Below, piece by piece: positions 1 through 10,600 of a stretch of DNA of 64,000 nucleotides. Made by a program: the position numbers and the translations under genes. The notes under the pieces were generated by a model that was given only the letters and a program-made list of their open reading frames with translations, did not search any database and was not told the DNA's origin. Source of the DNA: Podarcis pityusensis (taxonomy: Eukaryota); NCBI GenBank assembly GCA_964106645.2, contig OZ067042.1, one strand, 5' to 3'. Numbering within the stretch: the stretch's first letter is position 1; every line of letters starts with the position of its first letter.

Positions 1-660
1 CACATCAATAACGTTCTACATTCTCAAGAGTTGCTCCCAAGGTCAGACATCTTGTTGTGAGTACCCAGCAGATTCTCTGAAGGTCAAAAGACTCTACAGC
101 TTTACTTGATTGATAAGGGAGCAAGTTCAACTAGGACCTTCTGCAGAGATGGCTTTGTGCTGCTACCTGGTGCCTCAGCAATACATGGAAAGAGACCTTC
201 TCAGAGGTTAGAGGAGACTATAGTTCCACAGCAAAGCTGAGTGCTGATATAACTGACAGAAACTAGGGTTGTGTACCATGATTCAAAGCTTCCACAACCA
301 TATGACTAAATGAAGCATTTGTAAAGAAACAAAACAAGAATTCTTATATGCCAGGCACATCAGTTGTAGTAACAGTCTTGTTCTGTGACAGACAGGACAT
401 GAAAATGAATTCTATACAAATATCTAAATTAGCTCTTTGTAAAGGCTCCAACAGAAGAGTGAGGATGCACAATATTTCACTAAAAAAGTTAAATCCAACT
501 GGGGAAATTCAAAGTTAATGGTTCCAAATCTAAGCACAGCAACAAGCAACAAAAATACAAATTGGTGGATTCCAGAGAGAGAAAATCTCTCTTGGGCAGT
601 TTTGACTCCTTTAGGGCACCACCTCATTTTTAGTAGAACATAGCAATCTCTTGTGTTAAC
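1..660 (-). mobile_element. Degenerate DIRS-type retrotransposon, tyrosine recombinase region
   Basis: The minus strand reads tttccccagttggattta (FPSWDL with a compensated frameshift) followed by LLEPLQRANL. This resembles the FPSWDLxLVL...PFEPL motif of DIRS recombinases. Many stops; boundaries approximate. Confidence 0.4.
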
Positions 661-917
661 CATTATTTTTAATTTTAAGAAATAAGAAGGAAAAAATTCT
701 GTCCCGGGCTTTTCTTTGTTGCTTTTGACTAATTTCTTTTTTACAAGCCGTTTTGAGTTTTTCTACCATACGGGGTAAATCAGAGCAGTATGGTTCTCAG
801 TACTGCTTGGCCCCTCCTCTCCTAATGGACTCCTCTTTAGAGAGGCTTTGCCAAGCTTTACTCCTCAGAATTCCTGCATGGAAAATGGTGCGCCATGCCA
901 CAGTCGGAGAAACGTGC

Positions 918-1273
918 NNNNNNNNNNNNNNNNNNNNNNNNNNNNNNNNNNNNNNNNNNNNNNNNNNNNNNNNNNNNNNNNNNNNNNNNNNNNNNNNNNN
1001 NNNNNNNNNNNNNNNNNNNNNNNNNNNNNNNNNNNNNNNNNNNNNNNNNNNNNNNNNNNNNNNNNNNNNNNNNNNNNNNNNNNNNNNNNNNNNNNNNNNN
1101 NNNNNNNNNNNNNNNNNNNNNNNNNNNNNNNNNNNNNNNNNNNNNNNNNNNNNNNNNNNNNNNNNNNNNNNNNNNNNNNNNNNNNNNNNNNNNNNNNNNN
1201 NNNNNNNNNNNNNNNNNNNNNNNNNNNNNNNNNNNNNNNNNNNNNNNNNNNNNNNNNNNNNNNNNNNNNNNNN
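918..1273. other. Assembly gap (N run)
   Basis: Run of n characters. Confidence 0.99.
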
Positions 1274-1742
1274 CTGTTTGTGCATTAACTACAGAGCCAA
1301 AACGAGGCGAATTGATCGTTTGACTTTTGGAGTGGTCACGTGATCCCTGTGTGCGGGTGATCCGGCATGCATCAGCGGGCACTGCTGCAGTACATGCCTG
1401 ATGAGGAACTTGCTTCTCATTATTACTCCTCCTAGGGACAAAGACACAGGAGCCTTTCTGAGCTGATCCAGACCCATGTAAACTTGCTCTCAACTTGGCC
1501 AAAGAGCGGATACGGCTAGAACAGAGTTTCCCTCCCAAAATTCTTCCCTCAGATTTCTAGGTCTGGTGATGTTCCTGCAGCACACTAGGCTGTTATCCAA
1601 AAAGGTCACTCAAATGTCCCAGCTTGATGACCTTATACCCAGGAAGTGGATTTTCGCCACCAATTCATGAAATACGCCATTGTTCTCCCCATTTTACAGA
1701 TGGGAAAACTAAGGCAACTAACAACGTCTCCACCCCCATCGC

Positions 1743-2048
1743 TCACTGAGGTCCAGTGCTGAGGGCCTTCTGGCGGTTCCCTCACTGCAAGAGGTGAGGT
1801 TACAGGGAACTGGGCAGAGGGCCTTCTCGGTAGTGGTGCCTGCCCTGTGGAACGCCCTCCCATCCGATGTGAAGGAAATAAACAACTATCTTACTTTTAA
1901 AAGGCATCTGAAGACAGTCCTGTTTAGGGAAGTTTTTAATGTTTAATGCTGTATTGTGTTTTTAATATTCGGTTGGAAGCTGCCCAGAGCGGCTGGGGAA
2001 ACCCAGCCAGATGGGCGGGGTATAAATAATAAATAATTATTATTATTA
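1743..2048 (+). mobile_element. L2-clade LINE 3' end, relatively young
   Basis: Intact C-terminus ...QRAFSVVVPALWNALPSDVKEINNYLTFKRHLKTVLFREVFNV*, then a 3' UTR ending in an aataaat/(TAT)n tail. Confidence 0.85.
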
Positions 2049-2699
2049 ATATATAAGTTGTCTGCTGTTAGTCCATGAATTCCACTGCTGAGCTGTGGTT
2101 TAAATCTACATCTGCAAGGTCAACAGGCGGTGTTTGGTTCAGAAGACCACAAACGGTACATTACCAATGAAACATGCATAAATATCGCCTTTTTAATTAT
2201 GCTTGCTTCCAGACATAAGTCGTTAAATAGACACATGATCGTTGCACATGAGGATGTGTATAGTTTCTCCCTATGATCACCAAGGAAAATCTTGTCTGTG
2301 TCAAGTGACTCACAGATAACTGCATATTTTCCTAAGGGAGAAGGAAGTGGGTTGAAGGAAGACTGAATCATTAGATTTTTTTATTTCTACCTCCAGCTCT
2401 ATAAGGTTGAAAGCTTTAGCATGCCACTCTTTTGCTACTCATCTGTTAATTCAGTAGAACCATTAATGGCAAAAGTGGCTGGGTATCCCTAGCATTTAAG
2501 AGGTCCTTGGTTGAAAACAGGCTGGGGGAGGGTGCAATGGTTTGTGAAAATTGCTGGAGTGAGGGTTGGGGGTGGAGAGAACTATTTCTACCCTTATTTA
2601 TTTCATGATGAACCCAACATGTAAAGTAGCTTCCAAGACAGGAGGAGGCTAAAATAAAGGCAACTGATATACAATGTGTGCATACTGGAGAGAGAAAAA

Positions 2700-3060
2700 T
2701 GCCTGTTTACATGTAGTTTAGCACTCAAAAGAAACTCTGAACAGCTGAAATACCTTATAAATAGCTCAGACCCAGAGGAAGTGCAAACGTCTGCATTGTG
2801 AATTGTAGATCTTAATTACAGACAATGGCTGGTACAGCAAGTACTACAGGAAAAAAAAAAACCAGGGAAACAGTTGCACTGTTCATGGCTGGCAATAACT
2901 CTTCAGGAAAATATTTACTATCAATCAGTTATGAGAAAAGGGACTCCGTGCTCATAAAACAGCACGTTGCTTCTCATACCAGCACCATTTTGATTCAGCA
3001 TAATCTGAATTTAAACGGCTTGTTTCCTGCGGATATAATTTTGGAAATAAATAAAACAAA
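2700..3060. promoter_or_regulatory. Candidate conserved intronic enhancer (intron 4)
   Basis: Repeat-free block with FOX TGTTTAC (2704), E-box CAGCTG (2742), MEF2-like TTATAAATAG (2755), ETS GAGGAAGT (2775), SOX CATTGT/ACAATG (2794, 2822), TAATTA (2813) and posterior-HOX CTCATAAAA (2951). Function is inferred. Confidence 0.5.
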
Positions 3061-3401
3061 TCTTCTATCAAAATCTGGAGAATGTGGGAAGGGGAAAGGG
3101 AGGGGAGACATGCACATTCTTTCTTCAATCCCTTTGCAAATAACTCTGACTAGGGGTGGGGGAAGGGGGAAACTGTGAAAATGTAAAATATTCCAGATTA
3201 AGGCAAAATAGCCTCATACTTAGATTATGACCAACGTGCCACTGTAAAGAAACTGAAAAGCCTAACCCTTTGGATGATTTTAATTATGCTTCATGGAGGC
3301 AGAATACTTGTGGGTATTAAGTAAACTTCATTTCAGTTTTACATTAGTTATAACACTTTTTATTTCCATTTAAGAAATTATCTCCAAAAGATAATTTAGC
3401 A

Positions 3402-3419
3402 TGTGTGTGTGTGTGTGTC

Positions 3420-3482
<63 letters not shown>

Positions 3483-3493
3483 GCGAGAGAGAG
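3402..3493. repeat. Compound microsatellite (TG)n(AG)n(AGAAAG)n
   Basis: Seen directly. Confidence 0.95.
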
Positions 3494-3899
3494 ATTGGAT
3501 TCTAATTCCATAAGTTAAAAAACAATTTTGAGCCAAGTACAGCATCACGATGGAAATGCATCCATTCCTGTAAGGCAGTATTAGGTTTGTTCAACCATAA
3601 TTATAAAGGAAACAAGAACCTGGGCACAATATAGACCACAGCAGAGTCCAACAGAAAGAAAAGCGGAAAAAACCCACAGTACTGAACACAGAAAAGTCAC
3701 AATAGATAAAAGGTACTTCAGTTAAGAAAAAGGTTGGCAAGACACCTCCAGAGAGATCCCAACAAGACTGGTCAAGAACTTATGTGCACATTGAAGGGCC
3801 TGAACATTCTCAGGGTCTGAAAATCTCAGGAGCACTAAACTCAGAGTTTCTCAAGCTAGTGTTTTTGATTTCAGGTTCACCTTCTAATATAGTCTACCT

Positions 3900-4900
3900 T
3901 CTGCCTACCCACCCCCACCAGCCAACTATCTACTCATAGCAGGGGGTGTGGAGTCAAGTGCACAGAGCCTGCTGCACGTGTTCAAAAGATCCGCGAAGTA
4001 GAAAACTAATTCAACACATGCATCAGAATGAATGACAGAACAAGACATATCCAACTCCTCTGAAGGAAAGCAGCCCACCAGGAAAAAACTGTTGTGGCAA
4101 AGCAACTCCTTCCAATTCATACTGGGAGGATGGAGCAAGTGGGAAAGCAGTGACTTCCTAAGATTCAATGCTAGAGAGCATTCAACTCAGCTGGGTCTTG
4201 GATGATGAGGGGAAGGAAAAGGTCTACCTGTCTGAGAACCCCATCCCCTATCTGGAACTTTTCATATCTGTCCAGGTGTTCTGCATGCCCAAAGTGGGAC
4301 ATTCATTAGCAGGCATTTTTAGCTGTGTACCATTCTACCAGATAGCTAAAGTGATCACAGTCACCAATACGTAGCTTGAAGAGCCAAGATTACTAAATAA
4401 CAGAACAGCTGCTTGCCTGGCTGGCTTTCACTGCGCCAGTGAAAGCAACACCTTGCCTGTCCTTGAGCTCCAGTAAAAAGTTGTGAGGATGCCTTATCAA
4501 AGAAAGTTCGGCACAACAGCCAGTCCATACTGTTCTAAGGTGCTGAATTAGTAAGACAGAGAAGTATGTTGAAACTAAATGAAAGGATCCTTTAAAGGAG
4601 ACAGAGGAGTCTACAACCTGAAATTCATATATCTTATAATCCTAGGAAACCAGATACTGGCTCTAATGCCTGGTCTACCTTGTGTCTGATGGTAGCTATA
4701 ATTTTAATACTGCCAACATGCTGAACGGTTTCTGCAGTTGACAGATGCATGCTGATGGTTAGATACCAGCTTAAACTCCATCTGAGATTTTATATCCCTT
4801 TTAAAAGATTTGGCAGACTGGGTTTGCAGATCATTACCAGCTATATAGCTACTTCATTCTTCTTTAAATCTTCTTAGAATCTTCCTATGTCAACAAGTGT
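3900..4900 (-). mobile_element. Possible degenerate DIRS ORF1/terminal-repeat remnant
   Basis: Weak minus-strand motifs (SGF...SFKGS, resembling DIRS ORF1 LPFxGxxLF) and a cccactttgggcatgcagaacac segment reminiscent of DIRS repeats. Confidence 0.25.
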
Positions 4901-6290
4901 CAGGCATTTACTATGGCTGCCTTCAGACAGCACTTTATTCCATTTTCCTTACCTGATAATTTTAGTGTTTTAGGTGATCTTTCACATGTCAATTCAGGAA
5001 ATCTAGTGGAAGTTTAGCACTCATTTGCACGCAAAATGCTTCCAGAAAAAAATCTGTTTGCAACCCCATTAACCTGGATAATCACAGGAGTTTTGTGCTG
5101 AAATTTCCCTGTGGTTTTCACTGCTGCTTATGTGATGAAATTTAGGGCAGTATTCTGGCACTCAGTTCTTTCCTGCCAGCTTCCTGGGTGAATCACAGGG
5201 GAACAGAAGAGTGCATGCACATAAAAAGTGGCGGCATGTTTGATGATGTCCACGGTTGTGTCACACCATGTTCACTGGTGTGAATAGAATATACAGCAGT
5301 ATATGGAAAGCCACAGTTTCAGAACACAACAGTTAATGCAGTAACATTAGAAAGGAGGACAGAAGTGCTAACATTGCAACCAGAAAAAAGTAATGCAGCA
5401 ATCTCCACATCTAAATGTACCCTACACTGTTTTTTAAAAATGCATTCTTTTGGGCCAGTTTTGAATATTCATTTTGGAAAGGCAGAGTGATGTTGAGGGC
5501 TACAAAAGGGAACAGATTCCTCTGTACAAAGGGAGACCCACAAGAACTTTAAGTTTCAATTTACACCCACTGAATTTCACCTATAAAGCAAACTAGTGAT
5601 ATATTCACAGATACTACAATACTGAATCTCTGCAAAGTGGTTTGTTTAGTCTTCAGGATATTTGGCAATGCATATCCCACGTCAACTCCACTTTCAAAAG
5701 GTTTTGAACTAGTAATGTAGTTCTCGTCTATACACACCATCATGAGAAATATCTACTTCCTATGAGAGTTCAATACTTCCCCACACATTTTAAGAAGAAC
5801 ACCACTCCCAGCAACACACAAATATGCAAAATATGTGCCCAAGAATAAACACTCTGGTGCAGCAGTGCTTGGAAGGACCATATCTTTTATCAGAGACGAG
5901 GATTCATTACCTAATTTTTGTCTCCGGCTTTCTTCTCATAGATGTTTGTCAAGATCCCAGGGGAAATTAACAGAGTTCTAATTTTTGTGGGCTACCATTT
6001 TGAGGGCACACCTTTAATTAAAGGTGCTACAAACTACTTTTAGTAAGTGCAGCTCCCTTGTGATTTCCTGCCAGCCACACACAACTTCTGGTCAAACGAA
6101 TGAGTTCTGCATAGAAGAAAAGTTTACTGCTAGAGGAAGCACATGCAGGGAAAACTCTGCCAAGCTATTTTATAATCTCAGGCTGAGAATTTGAAACCAA
6201 GAACCTGAAGGGGGTTTCCAATAAGACAGCTATATACTTGCTGATAAAGGGGGGAGGGAGAAACACTCATTTGTAGAAAAATAAGTCTGC

Positions 6291-6625
6291 CGCTTGGGCT
6301 TGCCAATCAGAAGGTCGGCGGTTCGGATCCCTGCGATGGGGTGAGCTCCCATTGCTCGGTCCCAGCTCCTGTCAACCTAGCAATTCGAAAGCACGCAGTG
6401 CAAGTAGATAAATAAGTACCGCTCTGGCGGGAAGGTAAATGGTGTTTCCGTGCGCTGCTCTGGTTTCGCCAGAAGCAGCTTAGTCATGCTGGCCACATGA
6501 CCCGGAAAAACTGTCTGCGGAAGCGGACGAACGCTGGCTCCCTCGGCCTGCAAAGCGAGATGAGCGCCGCAACCCCAGAGTCGTTTGCGACTAGACTAAA
6601 TTGTCAGGGGTCCCTTTACCTTTTA
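6291..6625 (+). mobile_element. Sauria SINE (Squam1), 5'-truncated
   Basis: Box-B-like ggttcggatcc, body gtgagctccc...gcaagtagataaat...ttagtcatgctggccacatgacc and ...ccctttacctttta tail. Confidence 0.92.
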
Positions 6626-9245
6626 AGTAAGAATCAAGGCATCAGTTTGGATACAACGCTACACAAAACGCTTCACAACTAAGAAGATGCATTTTGCATT
6701 ACAGAGCTGATGTCCCCCATCTGCCATAGAAGGACTGGACATCGCCGTATTTTTCAGAGTATTAGGAAAAAGACAACCACAAGGCCTCCATCCCCCCCAA
6801 AATTATGAGCGTGAACTCTGACCCTGTATCATCACATTTTAATTGCTCCACTGGACTCATACAGAACATGGAACAGGGACTGCAGAGACTTGGGCTCAAC
6901 CAACATTTCCCAAGTCTTACTGCAAAAGACCCACCACGCCACTAAATCACCTAGTTGCACCCTAAGCTACGCTCTTTGCACTCACTTGCTTGGTATGTAC
7001 GTCATGGCTTGCACACTCTCCCCTCATTCTACTGTGGACACGAGGAGGACACTGGAAATTTTTGTTACTGTTTTATGTTAACCACAGTTTATGAATCATC
7101 TGAACCCTAAACTGTGGTTAATCTTAAACTGATGATCAGCAGAAATAAGCCAGCTTCACAAACTACTGGTTGTGCATTCAGTATTGTGAGTCCAATTCTG
7201 AGGAGCTCCCTCCAAGCTGAAATAAGGCAGCCTGCTCCCTGATGCTTGGTAAACATTTTATGCTTGGTAAAGACTTTCAGCAGGCTCTCCCCCCCCCCCC
7301 CGAATCTTATGGTTTATTTTAACTATTTTTATGCTGTATCCCTCCATAACACCTATTGTACACAATACAACTGCAGTATTAAACTATGTATAAATTATTA
7401 GAATTAGAAAAATAATAATAAATAAGCCAAAGTTAAAATTAATCACAGCTTCACAGAGGTTAGACAACAAGGCGAGCTGTGGTTAATCTAAAACAGAAGC
7501 AAAAACCTTCCAAACTCTTCCTGGTAGCTGCCCCTGAGGAGGAGAGGGAGAAAGCAAGCATAAGGCCTGCTGAGGTTTGCTACTGCAATACTAAACTATG
7601 GCTTAGTCTTTTGTCTGACCAGCTCACTGAAGCTCCTACCACACTGAGCTGCAAACCATGCAAAAGCATACAGAGACAGGCACAGTTGTACAGAGGGTGT
7701 GACTCCATACAGCTTGGTCCTCCAGAGTAACATTATGTACACTACTGAATGCCAAAATTCAAACGGAGGTATCTATCTGGCCTTAGGGAGAATTTCATTC
7801 TGTCTGGGGTTAAGCAAGCTTCCCACGGAGTTATGCACACAGAGCGATTGCTCAGACTGCTCACACATTGGCACCATACATAAATGGATGTTGGATTCTG
7901 TAGAATGACACACTTGAGGAGAAACGTTGTATGCGACAGGCAGTTTTACAGAAAGGTGGAGAAAATTTGCATGGCATTACTGTCTGCCAAAGGGATTATT
8001 TTTTTATATTTGAGTAAAGTTAAAGAAAGGTTTCTTGGATATGGCATCTATCTAGAGCAGGAATACATATGCTGGGGGAAAGGCATTACAGGAAGAAATC
8101 CCAAGGAATGAGGAGGGAGAAGAGGGCAATCATTTCTCTACCAGCCATTTTGTTGGGGGTGGGAAGAGGAGGGGGAGAGATGCTGCAAAAGCGCCAGCTG
8201 GTTTTGCTAACAGATGGCTGCATGCACTGATCTGTCCTGCAGGGCTATCCTGAACTTCCTTCCAATGGAAACATGAAGCTTAAGCAAGGCTAAACATGCT
8301 CTTTTTATATACACTGTATCGTGGCTGGAATGTTTTCCAGTCATTCACAATCCCTCAGACACGGTTCTTATTTTATGGGAGTTATATTTAGTTGCAGGGG
8401 AAGCCAAAGACAGGATGCACATTTCCCTGAGAATGTCTCTTTTGATGTGGCAATGCAAAAGGGAACATACCCAATCCACCATTCCTCCGAAAGTGCTTTG
8501 TTTTAAAATCAGATGCGTCTTCAACCCGCTGACAATGTCTCCGTACTGCAGTAAGTATGTGAATCAAATCCCCCACCTCGGCTCCAGTTGTGTGACTTGA
8601 GACAGTGGCCAGCAGGGGGGGTATGAGAATATCATATGCTCCCTGTCTAAAATTGCAGGGGCTTAAATTCAGAAAGGAGGCAGGGTTGCAGCCCCACAAT
8701 CTGAATGCCCACTCAACTGCCTCTCTCTGCTGGAAGCAAACATGGACAACTTGTTTGGACAAAGACAGCATAAAAATAAATAAGCCACCAGTTGGAGGTG
8801 CAACAGTTGAGTTATGTGTTTCTCATATTACCATGGCTATTGCTAAGATACATTTGGCACATTTTTTGTTTAAAAGGGCCCAACAAATCATAAGATTTTT
8901 TTTTTAAAAAAACCCACTAGGATTTTCAACTCTCATTTCTAAATTTTCACCATATTATCATCCTAATTTCAAAAACTAACGATTATTGTTATAATTATTA
9001 TATTTATTTATATCTCACCTTTTTCCTTTACAGGCAGGGAACTAATGAGGAAGGGATTCTTAGGATTAAAACAAAAAATGTGCATTATCGATAAAGGACT
9101 ACATAAATTCCCATAAGACCCTATGGACTCAATTAGGTTTACACAGATACATTCAGAAAGCACAGTATTAAATTGCCTCTCCAATGAAGAGAGAACTTGC
9201 AGCTTATTGACCTGGTACAAGGATGACAGCTGCAGCTTTACTTAC

Positions 9246-9335
9246 TTTGGCCACACAGTTTTCAGTCTTCATAGCAGTGCTCCCTAAGCAAACTGCTTCC
9301 TGGTTGATGCAGAGCCTGGCACAGCTATTATAGGT
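9246..9335 (-). CDS. BTRC: BTRC exon 4 (90 nt, phase 0-0)
   Basis: Acceptor ttttgtttcttcttcacag|ACC and donor AAA|gtaagt. Translates to TYNSCARLCINQEAVCLGSTAMKTENCVAK (human TYNSCARLCLNQETVCLASTAMKTENCVAK). Not in the ORF track. Confidence 0.96.
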
Positions 9336-10110
9336 CTGTGAAGAAGAAACAAAATAATGGTTTGGATAATGGAACTGTATTTGTTCTAAAGGTAAGGTGT
9401 TTCATTTATTTAGAGCAGCCAATTGCATTCATGGGCTTCTACTTTTAAAGCAGACAGCCTGCATTATATAGTCATATAGAGATATCATACACAATGGTCA
9501 AGTCTGCCCTACAGGGATTTGTACTGCTTAAATCAAGAGCCTTACATTTCAAGGACCATGAAAAAAAAATGCACCTCCAAGTTCTTAAATTAAGAAATCT
9601 AAGGGCGGGGCAGGGGAATATTCCAACTCCAAACTCTTCTACAGCAGTGGTGTAAAGCAGAAACCCAAACTCCCCCACCACCTGCAAAAGCTCATTTTGT
9701 CAATTGTTAAAATGTGGGGTAGGTGGTAACACTCTGTTCTCCACAAGGTTATTATTTCCCTGGGGAAACGAAGCTATTATTTACCGTACTTAATTTTTAC
9801 AAAGGTGTACATTCCAAAAGTATTTCAACGTGGTTTACAGAAAACTAAAACACACAATGGAGCACAAATCTAAATAAAAACCAAAAAAGCAATAGATCCT
9901 CTTTGCATTCTATCCCCAAAAAATCCAGCAGCAATAAGAAGCAAAAGTGTTTTTAATATTCCTGTGAAAGAGCAAAAATTCAAAGCATGAGGAAGGGTGC
10001 TCCATAGTGGATTTGGAACCTTCCTATTTCACTTAGGACAAAACGAAACACTGCCATGTAAACTTTTCTGCTTCTGGGCTCAATGATTCTTGAGGAAGCT
10101 TAAACAACTG

Positions 10111-10600
10111 ATTATTTATTTACTTACTGCATTTATATGGGCTGCCCAACAATATACGTTGTCCAAGCAGCTCACAGAAATTTTAAAAATAAAATAAAAT
10201 ATTAAGAATAAAATGTAAAATAATAAAAGTAGCATTAAAAAAATGCTTTCTCGAAGAGAAACAATAAAGCATGGATCCTAAGACTGAGATGGCCAGATTG
10301 AACAACTTGTGGTTTTTTTTAATAGCCTGGATGCATAAAAAGGCTTTTACCAGTTGCCAAAAAGGCTGCAAGGCTGACACCAAGCAAGTCTCTTTATAAA
10401 GCATGTTCCATAATTGGGTGCCACCACTGAGAAGACACTCTTCCTAGTAACTGTCTGCCTCATTTCATTTGGTGACAGCATGAAGCGCAGGGCTTCTGGG
10501 AAGGATCTGAAGGATCAGGTAGGTAGGTACCGGTATATATACAGAACAAGGATATCTTCTTAGTAACTTGACCCCAAGCTGTTTGTGGTTTTGTAAAATT
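10111..10600 (-). mobile_element. L2 LINE 3' fragment, old
   Basis: The reverse complement gives FSVVAPNYG-like (FSVVAPxLWN) C-terminal similarity, with the tail at the left end. Confidence 0.6.

Noticed and set aside
753-1538. Long ORFs of 142-226 aa
   Set aside because: Their length comes from reading through N runs.
3086-3105. G-quadruplex motif (another at about 14858-14879)
   Set aside because: A common motif with no supporting context; G-rich on the template strand, so absent from BTRC RNA.
8606-8624. CTCF-like TGGCCAGCAGGGGGGGTAT
   Set aside because: Lacks the conserved C after GG and may be the end of a MITE (cagtggc...).
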